In this document: in pieces, positions 1 through 9,421 of the stretch
How the letters are laid out: each line of letters opens with the position of its first letter
Position numbering within the stretch: position 1 is the first letter of the stretch
IMG/VR virus record: IMGVR_UViG_3300037466_003648
Span: 32,001 to 96,000 of that record
Strand: one strand, 5' to 3'
DNA length: 64,000 nt
From: a virus
Lineage: Duplodnaviria; Caudoviricetes
Translations under genes and position numbers: made by a program
Notes under the pieces: generated by a model
Told to the model about the DNA's origin: nothing
Databases searched by the model: none
Seen by the model: only the letters and a program-made list of their open reading frames with translations

Positions 1-137
1 TTGCTCTACTACAAGCACATGGCGCTCATGAGCGAGATACTGGGTCGCATCCGCCATGAGGTTAGCAGCGCCTCGCGCGCCGTCGAGACCGCTCGGGAAG
101 CTCGGCAACGCGACAAGAACCTGGAGGAGCCAAAGCC

Positions 138-368
138 GTGCACATCAACCTCATCGTCAACGCCTACTACACCTGCAACCTCGGCCGACAAACCGACATC
201 CAGGTCGAGAACGACAACGGCCAAGTCCGCCCGCTCTGGAGCGGCTACACCCAAGAGCGCAACGCCGTCGCCGCGGCGCAAGGCTGGGCAGACTTCTTCG
301 GCGTCGAAGTTAGGCGCCAGTCGCTGAACGCACCCTACCCGCCCGTAGCCGAAGGAGCGTCGTACTGA
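138..368 (+). CDS. hypothetical protein
   Basis: GGAGG upstream of GTG; stop overlaps next start (TGATG). Confidence 0.6.
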   Translation: MHINLIVNAYYTCNLGRQTDIQVENDNGQVRPLWSGYTQERNAVAAAQGWADFFGVEVRRQSLNAPYPPVAEGASY

Positions 369-583
369 TGCCGCTGCCATGTAAGCGCTGCGGCGGTGAG
401 ACGTTCAACCACTACCACCAAGTGCTCTGCCGGAAGTGCACGCAGTGTCAGAGCTGTGAGTGCTGTCCGTGCGAGCAGATTGGTTGCCCCGATTGTCCAG
501 CGGGTGGTCGCCGTGAAGGCGAAGACTCGCTGGACTACTTTGCACGTCGTATGTTCGGCGAGGAGACACAAGATGGCAAGTAA
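368..583 (+). CDS. Cys-rich hypothetical protein
   Basis: coupled start; several CxxC pairs. Confidence 0.6.
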   Translation: MPLPCKRCGGETFNHYHQVLCRKCTQCQSCECCPCEQIGCPDCPAGGRREGEDSLDYFARRMFGEETQDGK

Positions 584-797
584 ACGGTGTCTCCGGCGTA
601 AGTCCTGCGAGAGCAAGAAGCGCTTCGAGACGATGGAGATCGCCATCCAAATGAGCGGGCAGCGCATGCGGCAAACACAAGGTAAGTCCGGCACCCTGCA
701 CGCTTACAAGTGTCAGTTCTGCAGTGGCTACCACATGGGCCACCCACCGGGTTCGGCTAGCACCAAACCCAAACCCAAGATTTGGAGAACACGATGA
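573..797 (+). CDS. hypothetical protein, CxxC-H Zn-ribbon-like
   Basis: GGAG RBS before ATG573; YKCQFCSGYH motif; ATGA overlap with next gene. Confidence 0.6.
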   Translation: MASKRCLRRKSCESKKRFETMEIAIQMSGQRMRQTQGKSGTLHAYKCQFCSGYHMGHPPGSASTKPKPKIWRTR

Positions 798-1006
798 ACC
801 TGTGGATTCGCGTCTCACGCCTCTACAAGGAGCAGAATGACCTGGTCATGTTCGGACCTGGCGGCATCACCGCGTTGGAAAAGACCGACGACGGCGAGTT
901 GACCATCCTGCGTGGTAAGGACAGTCCTGCAGATGGGTGGGAAGTCGAGGATTCGATCAACACCCTGGAGGCCCATATCACCATCGCGATGAGGGGGAAG
1001 TCATGA
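794..1006 (+). CDS. hypothetical protein
   Basis: coupled ATGA overlaps at both ends. Confidence 0.6.
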   Translation: MNLWIRVSRLYKEQNDLVMFGPGGITALEKTDDGELTILRGKDSPADGWEVEDSINTLEAHITIAMRGKS

Positions 1007-1479
1007 GCACCGGGTTGCCCTGCCTCTATTGTCACGCCGACCCCTGCCGCGGCGCTCCCAACTGGTGTTGCCAGGCGCTCAAGGACGTCGTCGAAGCGAA
1101 CGAAGAGACCAACCGTCTCAAGAACACCGGCATCCCGACGATCCTGTTCTGCCCGGAGTGCAAGTACCAGCACGTCGACCGCGGCGAGTGGGCCACCAAG
1201 CCCCACCGTACACACCTGTGTGAGATCTGCGGTCATCTCTGGCGTCCCTTCGAGGTCGCCACCTACGGCACCACAACCCAAGACATCTTCGTGCCCGAGG
1301 TACTCGCCTCCGTCAAGAACACACCACCCTACAAGACTCTTGGCAAGTTCATGGCCGAGGGCTACTGCCCGCACAAGCTGTTCGGCGAGGCTTGGTGGAA
1401 GACCCGTACGGCCGAATACGTCAACACCCACGGCTGCGACATCTGCCGTGTGGCTTCACGGAGGGAGCGGCCCTTCTAG
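1003..1479 (+). CDS. hypothetical Zn-finger-rich protein
   Basis: ATG1003 coupled; FCPECKYQHVD and HLCEICGH motifs. Confidence 0.7.
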   Translation: MSTGLPCLYCHADPCRGAPNWCCQALKDVVEANEETNRLKNTGIPTILFCPECKYQHVDRGEWATKPHRTHLCEICGHLWRPFEVATYGTTTQDIFVPEVLASVKNTPPYKTLGKFMAEGYCPHKLFGEAWWKTRTAEYVNTHGCDICRVASRRERPF

Positions 1480-1487
1480 GAGATCCC

Positions 1488-1700
1488 ATGAGCACCGTTC
1501 TCAGTCCCACCCACCAGTGCGCCTACGTGGTCATGCAAGAGCCCGTGACCTCGTGCAACGCACCCTGCTTCTCGTGGAGCTTCACCGGCCCCAACGGTCC
1601 GTGGGTCTCCCTCTGCCTGGATCACATCCCGTTCTGGCCGTTCAAGGGATCGGGCGAGTTCGCGCCGCTGATTCGCCTCCCGGAGGACACCAAGTCATGA
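1488..1700 (+). CDS. hypothetical protein
   Basis: AGGAG RBS; GC3-biased codons. Confidence 0.6.
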   Translation: MSTVLSPTHQCAYVVMQEPVTSCNAPCFSWSFTGPNGPWVSLCLDHIPFWPFKGSGEFAPLIRLPEDTKS

Positions 1701-2071
1701 CCGGCACGCACACCCATCTCTACTGCCTGAACTGCAAGGCAGTCACACAACACGACGACGCGGGCGACTTCCAGTGGTCCTGTGTGGGCTGTCAGCGTCT
1801 CATCCACGCACCGGACGGCGCCCATCTGCAGGAGGTCTTCAGCGAGGTCAAGATCGCATTGATGATCGCTTGCGAGTTGCCGATCGCACGTCGCTACGAG
1901 CGCTGCCGTCTTCAGCAGCTGAATGACCCTGACGGGATCATCGCAGTCTGGAACGACATCATGCAGCCTGTCGTGTATGTCAACCGCCTGCGAGCAGAGT
2001 TGCTGCCCGATCGTGTCCTGCACACCCTCTTCACCAACGCGTTGATCGACATGGTCAACACCCGTCCGTGA
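1697..2071 (+). CDS. hypothetical protein with N-terminal Zn ribbon
   Basis: GGAGG RBS, ATGA overlap; CLNC...CVGC. Confidence 0.65.
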   Translation: MTGTHTHLYCLNCKAVTQHDDAGDFQWSCVGCQRLIHAPDGAHLQEVFSEVKIALMIACELPIARRYERCRLQQLNDPDGIIAVWNDIMQPVVYVNRLRAELLPDRVLHTLFTNALIDMVNTRP

Positions 2072-2292
2072 GCGCGGAGCAGGCACGCCGCGTCGGCGTT
2101 GGTTTGGTGGGCATCGTTGACACGCTCTTGGCGCTTGACGATGCCCGTTTTCTTGCCGCTCTCCAGGAACTGCCGGAGACCGCCCTAAACGGGCTGTTGA
2201 CTGGTTGGAGGGGCGGTGCATTCACCCGCCGTTACACCGATCTGGTTCTCGAAAGGAGCCCTTCCGCCCATGAGCACCCCCACCATCGTTGA
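2068..2292 (+). CDS. hypothetical protein
   Basis: GTGA overlap with upstream stop. Confidence 0.4.
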   Translation: MSAEQARRVGVGLVGIVDTLLALDDARFLAALQELPETALNGLLTGWRGGAFTRRYTDLVLERSPSAHEHPHHR

Positions 2293-3421
2293 CAACAAGG
2301 TCGAGGTCCGCGTCTGCTTCGACACGACGGGATCTATGTCCCCGTGCATCATGCAAGTGCGGCGCGTGGCCCGCGAGATGCTGACCCGCCTTGCCAAGGA
2401 CGTCCCCGGCATCCGCATGGGCATCACCGCGCACGGCGACTACTGCGACGATCCGGCGAGCGCCAGCGGTTACTACAGCCGTGGCAGCTACGTCACCAAG
2501 CACTCCGCCATGACCAGCGACATCAACTCGATCGTCAGCTTCATCGACAACGTGGGCAACACCGGCGGCGGCGACTCCGACGAGTGCTACGAGCTGGTGC
2601 TGAAGGAAGTCCAGGACCCCGCGATGGGCTGGACGCCTGGCTACAAGCACATCCTCGTCATGATCGGCGACGCCGAGCCGCACGAGCCGGGTTACCGCTA
2701 CGGCGGCAAGACCTACGACATCAACTGGCGCCACGAGGCCAAGAAGCTGGCCGACCAGGGCGTCAAGATCTACTCCGTCCAGGCGATGAGCTACAGCCGC
2801 TCGCGCAACTTCTGGTCGGAGATCGCGAAGATCGGTGGCGGCCACCACATCACGCTGGACCAGTTCGCCTACATCACGGACATGTTGCTCGCGATCTGCT
2901 ACCAGCAGCAAGGCCCCGAGGCGCTCTCCAAGTTCGAGACCGAGCTGCGTACGGCGGGTCGCTTGGGTCGCAACATGGCCACCGCGATCGGCACGCTCGC
3001 CGGGCGGTCGGTCGAGGCCATCAAGGAAGCCACCACCAAGACCTTCGGCGATCCCGGTAAGCTGCGTGCTTGCGACCCCAGCCGCTTCCAGGCGTTGGAG
3101 ATCGACGCGGATGTCCGCATCGACCAGTTCGTCGAGGGCAACGGCATCCCGTTCATCAAGGGCCGCGGCTTCTACGAGTTCATGAAGCGCGAGGAGATCC
3201 AGTCCTACAAGGAAGTCATCCTGATGGACAAGGCGTCCGGCGACCTCTTCGAGGGCGACGTGGCGCGCGAGATGCTGGGCCTCCCCAAGGACAAGACCGT
3301 CAAGCTCAGCCCGAAGGAAGTGGACCTGGGCAAGTACACGGCCTACATCCAGTCGACCAGCTACAACCGCAAGCTGATTGGCGGGACAAAGTTCCTGTAC
3401 GAGGTTGACCGCACGCGCTAA
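2270..3421 (+). CDS. vWA domain protein
   Basis: MIDAS-like FDTTGSM, GGGD-ECYE and LVMIGDAEPH motifs; GAAAGGAG RBS. Confidence 0.85.
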   Translation: MSTPTIVDNKVEVRVCFDTTGSMSPCIMQVRRVAREMLTRLAKDVPGIRMGITAHGDYCDDPASASGYYSRGSYVTKHSAMTSDINSIVSFIDNVGNTGGGDSDECYELVLKEVQDPAMGWTPGYKHILVMIGDAEPHEPGYRYGGKTYDINWRHEAKKLADQGVKIYSVQAMSYSRSRNFWSEIAKIGGGHHITLDQFAYITDMLLAICYQQQGPEALSKFETELRTAGRLGRNMATAIGTLAGRSVEAIKEATTKTFGDPGKLRACDPSRFQALEIDADVRIDQFVEGNGIPFIKGRGFYEFMKREEIQSYKEVILMDKASGDLFEGDVAREMLGLPKDKTVKLSPKEVDLGKYTAYIQSTSYNRKLIGGTKFLYEVDRTR

Positions 3422-3508
3422 GCGTCACCAACGTGTCGGCGGAGAGGCTTCTCCGTCGACACGTCCACACATCTTGTCGATCCCATCGACACGCCGAAAG
3501 GAGCCACC

Positions 3509-3802
3509 ATGCGATTAGGAGATACGACGGGTTCCAAGCCTGTCTACGTACACGATTGCAAACGTTGCGTCTACTTGGGTACCACACTGGTCCCACCCAA
3601 CAAAAGCGGCAAGGAAGGCTACACACCTGCCGACTGGTATGGCTGCAACAACCACGACAACGCGATCATCATCACGCGCCACAGCAGCGAGCCCAGCGAC
3701 AACCGGACGATCGATGCCCGTGACATCGGCCCCGCCTACGACTCGTTCAGCATGCTGCGGGCAGGTTTCGCGGCGCTGTACGCCGAACTGCGGGCATCCT
3801 AG
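3509..3802 (+). CDS. hypothetical protein
   Basis: GAAAGGAGCC RBS; HDCKRC motif. Confidence 0.7.
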   Translation: MRLGDTTGSKPVYVHDCKRCVYLGTTLVPPNKSGKEGYTPADWYGCNNHDNAIIITRHSSEPSDNRTIDARDIGPAYDSFSMLRAGFAALYAELRAS

Positions 3803-3914
3803 ATGCCCGGCCGCAGTCTGGAAGACATGGAAGAGCGCGCTCATGATGGGTACGCCGATCCCGAGGATGTTCTGACCCTGGTGGGCTGGATTCGCCAGCT
3901 CACGAAGCCGAAGG

Positions 3915-4403
3915 ATGATGCCCATGCAAGCGACGATTAACAAGCGCACGCCCTTGGTTCGGGTTCACATGGTACGCGAAACCATGGTAGAGTACCCCAT
4001 CGGCGAGCTGATGTCCGGTCCTCGCTACATCGGTCACGCTGCAAAGGTCATCCTCGACACCTACGACCGAGAAGCCTTCTTGGTTGCACACCTCAACGCC
4101 AAGCACAAGCTCATCTCGATGGAGGTGGTCGCGGTCGGCACCATCAATGCCACCCTGGTCCATCCTCGCGAGGTGTTCAAGGGAGCCGTGCTCGCCAATG
4201 CGGTCTCGGTCTGCCTGGTGCACAATCACCCCTCCGGTGATCCCACACCCAGCGCTGACGACATCGCACTCACAAAACAGCTCCTGGAAGCCGGGGAGAT
4301 CCTGGGTATCCGGGTCCTCGATCACCTCGTGTTGGGGTACGACCGTTCGGTCAGCCTCCGCGAAAACACCTCGCTGTGGCGAGAGCAATCCTTCCACCGC
4401 TAG
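3915..4403 (+). CDS. RadC-like JAB domain protein
   Basis: REAF...GTINATLVHPREVFK...HNHPSGDPTPSADD...LDHLV. Confidence 0.9.
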   Translation: MMPMQATINKRTPLVRVHMVRETMVEYPIGELMSGPRYIGHAAKVILDTYDREAFLVAHLNAKHKLISMEVVAVGTINATLVHPREVFKGAVLANAVSVCLVHNHPSGDPTPSADDIALTKQLLEAGEILGIRVLDHLVLGYDRSVSLRENTSLWREQSFHR

Positions 4404-4413
4404 GAGGTAGCCC

Positions 4414-4854
4414 ATGCAACTCGAACGCGTGAACATGTGGGACAGGCACCAGTGGGCGGGCGTCTACGTTGCCACCACGACCAACAGCATGATCAAGGCC
4501 AATGGTCGGGCGGCCATGGGCAAGGGCAACGCACTCGAAGCTTCCCAGCGCTTCCCCAAACTCGCCACCGGGCTGGCCGAATTGCTCAAGCTGCGGGGCA
4601 ACCACGTCTTCTACTTCCCGGACTACAAGCTCTTCACCTTCCCCACGAAGCACAACAACCCGTGGGCCAATTCGGACCTCGCGCTCATCGAGCAGTCCGC
4701 TCAAGAGCTGCGTATGTTCCTGGATGCCTACTCCCAGGTCAAGACCGTCTACCTACCCCAGCCGGGGTGTGGCAACGGTCGCCTCGACTGGAAGGACGTC
4801 GAACCCGTCCTGGATCGCCACCTCGATGACCGCGTGATCGTGGTCTACCAGTAA
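4414..4854 (+). CDS. macro domain protein (Poa1p/DarG-like ADP-ribose hydrolase fold)
   Basis: TTN...MGKGNA...FPTK...PGCGNGRLDW motifs. Confidence 0.8.
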   Translation: MQLERVNMWDRHQWAGVYVATTTNSMIKANGRAAMGKGNALEASQRFPKLATGLAELLKLRGNHVFYFPDYKLFTFPTKHNNPWANSDLALIEQSAQELRMFLDAYSQVKTVYLPQPGCGNGRLDWKDVEPVLDRHLDDRVIVVYQ

Positions 4855-4882
4855 CCCTCCCTCTGCTGAAAGGAGCCTCATC

Positions 4883-6937
4883 ATGGCCTCGATCTCCACG
4901 TCCCTGGACTTCCTGCCCTTCAAGCTCGCGGTCGCCGCCCAGTTCAAGAAGATGCAGGCGCACCCGATGCTCCGCATGACCGCCACCAAGGATGGCATGT
5001 GGGAGACCTACCTGGGCAGCTTCCCCGTGGGCACCGACCCGATCTTCCGCGAGCGCACGGAGCACAACTGCAACTGCTGCCGCTCGTTCATCCGCCACAT
5101 CGGCAACACCGTCGCCATCGTCGACGGTCAGCTCGTCTCGATCTGGGACAACCTCCAGAGCATCGACCCCGCCTACGCGACGGTCGCCGCCGCGATGTCG
5201 GCGTACGTGAAGGCCCAGGCGATCGACAACCTGTTCCTGCACAACGAGCACCGCATCGGCACGGACAAGAACTTCGAGCAGATCATGAACTCCGCGAAGG
5301 AGTGGCAGCACTTCTACGTGGACCTGCCGAAGGAGCTGGTCGTGGAGAAGGGCAAGACTGTCGAGGCGGCGCTGTCCGACCCGCGTGCCACCCACGACGT
5401 CATGCTGCGCGGCTTGAAGGAGCTGACCATGGACGCCGTGGACACGGTCCTGCAGCTGATGGCGCAGGGCTCGCTGTACCGTGGCGACGAGTTCAAGTGG
5501 GCGGTCGCCGAGTTCAAGAAGCTCAAGACCGACTTCGACAAGCTCACCACGGACCTGGATCGCGAGATCTTCGTCTGGTCGCGCGTCAAGAGCGTCAACC
5601 AGGCGGTCTCGCGCATCCGTAACTCCGCGATCGGCACCTTGCTCGTGGACCTGTCGGAGAACCCCGGTCTCCTGGAAGAGGCGGTGGGCTGCTACGAAGC
5701 CAAGGTTGCCCCGGTGAACTACAAGCGCACCACCGCGCTCGTGACGCCCAAGATGCTGGAGTTGGCGAAGCAGGAGATCGAGAAGTTGGGCCTCATGTCC
5801 GCTTTGGATCGCCGCTTCGCGCACTTGGAGGACATCACGATCAACAACGTGCTGTTCGCCGACCGCTCCAGCAAGGCCAAGATGGCGGGCAACATCTTCG
5901 ACGAGCTGGCCGCCAAGGCGAACACCACGCCGAAGAACCTCGACAAGGTCGAGGAGGTCACGATCGAGAAGTTCATGACCGACATCCTGCCCACGGCGCA
6001 GTCCCTGGAGATCATGGTGGAGAACCGCCATGTGCCCAACCTGATGACGCTGATCACCGCCGCCAACCCGACGGCCGGTCAGCTCTTCAAGTGGGGCAAC
6101 AACTTCTCCTGGGACTACAACGGTGGCGTCACCGACGCCATCAAGGAGCGCGTCAAGAAGGCGGGCGGCAACGTCGAGGGCGAGCTGTCCTGCCGCCTGG
6201 CGTGGAGCAACACGGACGACCTGGACTTCCACATGATCGAGCCGGGCGGCTACGAGATCGCGTTCCCCAACAAGGGTCGCAAGTCCCCTAACGGGGGCAT
6301 GCTCGACGTCGACATGAACGTGTCCGGCGAGAGCACGACCCCGGTGGAGAACATCTTCTACACCAACCGGAACCAGATGCGCGAAGGCGTCTACACGCTC
6401 AACGTGCACCAGTACACCCTCCGCAACCCGAACAAGAACGTCGGCTTCCAGGTGGACATCGACTTCTTGGGGACGGTCCACAGCTTCGTGTACCCCAAGA
6501 CGGTACGCCAAGGCGAGACCATCACCGTGGCGCGGATCGAGTACAGCAAGAAGGACGGCGTGAAGTTCCTGCCGGGTGGTCTGGACTCCAGCCAGGCGAC
6601 CAAGACGGTCTGGAACGTGCCGACCCAGACCTTCCAGAAGGTCAACGTCGTGTCGCTCTCGCCCAACCACTGGGACGGCGAGGGCATCGGGGCCAAGCAC
6701 TACTTCTTCTTCATCGATGGTTGCCTCCACGAGGGCGACGCGCGGGGCGTCTACAACGAGTTCTTGAAGAACGAGTTCACGCCGCACCGCAAGGCGTTCG
6801 ACCTGGTGGGCTCGAAGATGGTGACCGGCCAGTCCGATCGCCAGCTCTCCGGCCTGGGCTTCTCCAGCACCGTGCGCAACGACGTGCTCGTGCGCGTCGG
6901 CGGCGTGTTCACCCGGACCCTCAAGGTCACCTTCTAG
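4883..6937 (+). CDS. large conserved phage protein with YfaP/DUF2135-like module
   Basis: 684 aa; HNCNCC motif; DDLDFHMIEP-GGMLDVDMN-PVENIFY segment. Confidence 0.75.
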   Translation: MASISTSLDFLPFKLAVAAQFKKMQAHPMLRMTATKDGMWETYLGSFPVGTDPIFRERTEHNCNCCRSFIRHIGNTVAIVDGQLVSIWDNLQSIDPAYATVAAAMSAYVKAQAIDNLFLHNEHRIGTDKNFEQIMNSAKEWQHFYVDLPKELVVEKGKTVEAALSDPRATHDVMLRGLKELTMDAVDTVLQLMAQGSLYRGDEFKWAVAEFKKLKTDFDKLTTDLDREIFVWSRVKSVNQAVSRIRNSAIGTLLVDLSENPGLLEEAVGCYEAKVAPVNYKRTTALVTPKMLELAKQEIEKLGLMSALDRRFAHLEDITINNVLFADRSSKAKMAGNIFDELAAKANTTPKNLDKVEEVTIEKFMTDILPTAQSLEIMVENRHVPNLMTLITAANPTAGQLFKWGNNFSWDYNGGVTDAIKERVKKAGGNVEGELSCRLAWSNTDDLDFHMIEPGGYEIAFPNKGRKSPNGGMLDVDMNVSGESTTPVENIFYTNRNQMREGVYTLNVHQYTLRNPNKNVGFQVDIDFLGTVHSFVYPKTVRQGETITVARIEYSKKDGVKFLPGGLDSSQATKTVWNVPTQTFQKVNVVSLSPNHWDGEGIGAKHYFFFIDGCLHEGDARGVYNEFLKNEFTPHRKAFDLVGSKMVTGQSDRQLSGLGFSSTVRNDVLVRVGGVFTRTLKVTF

Positions 6938-6946
6938 GAGAATGTC

Positions 6947-7126
6947 ATGAGTGAGATCAACTTCCTGCTCACGGCGCACATCGAAGGTGACGTCGAGGAC
7001 ATTCCTACCTTGAAGGAGAACATCTTGGCAGCGTTGGAGCGGACCCGCTCCAACGATGGCATCTCCTCCGATAAGGAAGCCCATGGCTACGTCATGGGCT
7101 TCAGCGCCCGACACATCGACACGTAG
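6947..7126 (+). CDS. hypothetical protein
   Basis: AGGAG RBS; 59 aa ORF read by hand. Confidence 0.55.
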   Translation: MSEINFLLTAHIEGDVEDIPTLKENILAALERTRSNDGISSDKEAHGYVMGFSARHIDT

Positions 7127-7134
7127 GAGAATCC

Positions 7135-7542
7135 ATGGCTCAGACCATCATCCCGGCGGGGTACCGCATCCACGTCACGTCGTGGGAGAACGACGCTGAC
7201 AACTACCAAACCAAGACGCTCGAAGGGGTTGTGAAGGAGCACATCCCCTTCATCTTGGCTGCTTGTGATCTGCTGGACGACTCCTGCAACAACAGCAGCA
7301 AGTTTGGCAACATCTACGAGGGCAGCCTCGACGGGTTGCGCGAAGCTCTCGACGACCTCCTCAAGGAGTACCCCGACCGCCCAGCGGGGTGCGACTCTGG
7401 TGAAGCCATTGTCGAGGGTCTGTTGAGCAGCCTGGGACTCACCTACACAGGTGAGTTCACGACCCGTGTCTTCGATAACGTCAAGATCGAGTACGTTCCC
7501 CAGGAGATCCTCCTGGAAGACGTCACCTCCCAGTTCATCTAA
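7135..7542 (+). CDS. hypothetical protein
   Basis: AGGAG RBS, GC3 bias. Confidence 0.7.
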   Translation: MAQTIIPAGYRIHVTSWENDADNYQTKTLEGVVKEHIPFILAACDLLDDSCNNSSKFGNIYEGSLDGLREALDDLLKEYPDRPAGCDSGEAIVEGLLSSLGLTYTGEFTTRVFDNVKIEYVPQEILLEDVTSQFI

Positions 7543-7579
7543 TCCCCACCCCACGATCAGAAAGGATCGGTTCAACACC

Positions 7580-8002
7580 ATGGCCAACGAGAACATCTTC
7601 GAGCAGGCGTCCCGCATCAAGCTGCGTTTCGCCACGTCCAGCGCCAAGGGCTCTGGCGTCGTCTCCGTCGAGGACTTGTGGGATCTGCCCCTCAAGTCCG
7701 AGGCGGGTCGCCCCAACCTCTACGACATCGCCACCGCGCTGAACAAGCAGGTGCAGTCGGTGGGCGACGTGCCCGCCTTCCTGCAGGACGAAGCCAAGCC
7801 CGCCGACACCCAGGCGGCGCTGGCGCTGGACATCATCAAGCGCGTCATCGAGGTCCGCAAGGCCGAGGCGCTGGAGCGCAGCCAGGCTGCCGACAAGGCG
7901 GCCCAGAAGCAGAAGATCCTGGCGCTCATCAACGAGAAGGACGACGAGTCCCTCAAGACGAAGAGCAAGGAAGAGCTGATGCTGGAGCTGGCGAAGCTCT
8001 AG
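7580..8002 (+). CDS. conserved phage coiled-coil protein
   Basis: GAAAGGA RBS; FEQASR-KLRF...VEDLWDLPL; helical K/E-rich C-terminus. Confidence 0.75.
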   Translation: MANENIFEQASRIKLRFATSSAKGSGVVSVEDLWDLPLKSEAGRPNLYDIATALNKQVQSVGDVPAFLQDEAKPADTQAALALDIIKRVIEVRKAEALERSQAADKAAQKQKILALINEKDDESLKTKSKEELMLELAKL

Positions 8003-8009
8003 TCCGGTT

Positions 8010-8041
8010 GGGGCGGATGGCTTCGGCTGTCCGCCCCGCTT
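8010..8041 (+). terminator. intrinsic terminator-like hairpin
   Basis: GGGGCGGATGGC-TTCG-GCTGTCCGCCCC after a stop codon. Confidence 0.6.
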
Positions 8042-8062
8042 CATGTAGAAAGGAGCCGCCCC

Positions 8063-8284
8063 GTGGACGTCGCCAAAGACTTTGCTCGTGCCAAGAGGCA
8101 CTTGCAGGAAGCTTACAAACAAGTCATCCAGGACTGCCAGGCCAACTTGGAACGGCTGGAGTCTGCGCCTAAAGGTGACAAGCGTCCGTGGGATCTGATC
8201 CCGTTGGAGGGTAAGATCGGCAACGTGATCGTCTGTCAAGCCAAGTACCAGATTCTGGCAGAGGTCTCTACTACCAAGAACTAG
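8063..8284 (+). CDS. hypothetical protein
   Basis: GAAAGGAGCC RBS. Confidence 0.6.
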   Translation: MDVAKDFARAKRHLQEAYKQVIQDCQANLERLESAPKGDKRPWDLIPLEGKIGNVIVCQAKYQILAEVSTTKN

Positions 8285-8301
8285 CCGAAAGGAGCCGCCC
8301 C

Positions 8302-8505
8302 GTGGGTCTTTATCAATCCTTGTTCTTCAAGTCGTGGTCTGTGGTCGTGAAAGACGTCCGCGAGGCCAGCCAACCCCACATGCCGACCCACACGTTGCGG
8401 CGGATCGTTACCGCCAACACAGCCGAGGCGGCCATCGACAAAATGAAGCAGTACCTCACCAACGAGGGCTTCATGTTCGGTGTTGTCACGGCAGAGCTGG
8501 GCTAA
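8302..8505 (+). CDS. hypothetical protein
   Basis: GAAAGGAGCC RBS. Confidence 0.6.
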   Translation: MGLYQSLFFKSWSVVVKDVREASQPHMPTHTLRRIVTANTAEAAIDKMKQYLTNEGFMFGVVTAELG

Positions 8506-8507
8506 CC

Positions 8508-8678
8508 ATGCGTCCCAGCGAACTAAGAGACATGCAGGACTACCTGCAGATCGCGGTCGATGTACCGCTACCCGCTCGTGACGCCATGTACCGCCTCATC
8601 GATGAGGTGAAGCGTTTGGCGAACCGCCTGGCAAAAGTCCAAGGACTGCCAGAGCTACCCTATCCACCCAACAGCTGA
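8508..8678 (+). CDS. hypothetical protein
   Basis: short ORF filling the gap between flanking genes. Confidence 0.5.
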   Translation: MRPSELRDMQDYLQIAVDVPLPARDAMYRLIDEVKRLANRLAKVQGLPELPYPPNS

Positions 8679-8689
8679 AGGAGACTCCC

Positions 8690-9418
8690 GTGAGCAAGCC
8701 CATGATCAACCTCAAGAAGACCGAGGTTGAAGACCTTCGCAAGTTCTCCGTCGAACCTGTTCTCACCAACATGAAGGTGCTGGACGTAGTGTGCAACGTC
8801 GTGTTGGTGTTGGACGACTCCGGCTCGATGGAGCACGAGTACGAAGAGGGCCACGTCCAGCTCGTCGCCGAGCGTGCGCTCGCCCTGGCCATGGTCTGGG
8901 ACGCCGACCAGAAGGTCGACATCTTCACCCTCAACCGCGGCTTCATCGGCACGATGTCCCCCGACTCGTTCAAGGGCTGGGTCGGTCGCAATATCCGTGC
9001 ATTCGGCGGGACCCCGTACTCGACCGTCATCCGCCAGATCGTGGAGCGCTACGGTCAAGTCTTCCTAAAGGGCTTCTTCGCCAAGTTGCGCACCCTCTTC
9101 GGCGCCAAGGAAGCTCCCGTACTCCCCACCTACGTCCTCTTCGTGACGGACGGTGACTGTACCGACCAACCCGAAACGACCTCGATGATCGCCCAGCTCA
9201 TTGGCGGTCCCATCTTCATCCAGTTCGTGGGCTTGGGTGAAACCACCTTCTCGTACCTCAAGACCATGGACCGCCGCAACACCAGCTTCTTCATCCTCCC
9301 CTGCGAGGAAGAAGACGCGGTCGTGGACGATGGCTGGCTCTACCAGAACCTCGCCCGCGGCTTCAGCAACTGGCTGAAGAACCGTCAGGGCACGGGCAGT
9401 GTGGTCGGGAAGGACTAA
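8690..9418 (+). CDS. vWA-TerF-like domain protein
   Basis: LVLDDSGSM, GGTPY, YVLFVTDG and FIQFVGLG motifs. Confidence 0.85.
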   Translation: MSKPMINLKKTEVEDLRKFSVEPVLTNMKVLDVVCNVVLVLDDSGSMEHEYEEGHVQLVAERALALAMVWDADQKVDIFTLNRGFIGTMSPDSFKGWVGRNIRAFGGTPYSTVIRQIVERYGQVFLKGFFAKLRTLFGAKEAPVLPTYVLFVTDGDCTDQPETTSMIAQLIGGPIFIQFVGLGETTFSYLKTMDRRNTSFFILPCEEEDAVVDDGWLYQNLARGFSNWLKNRQGTGSVVGKD

Positions 9419-9421
9419 CCG

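Noticed and set aside
1-327. 108-aa ORF at window start
   Set aside because: Its distal part is low-complexity and overlaps the better-supported 138-368 ORF; the true upstream gene cannot be defined from this window
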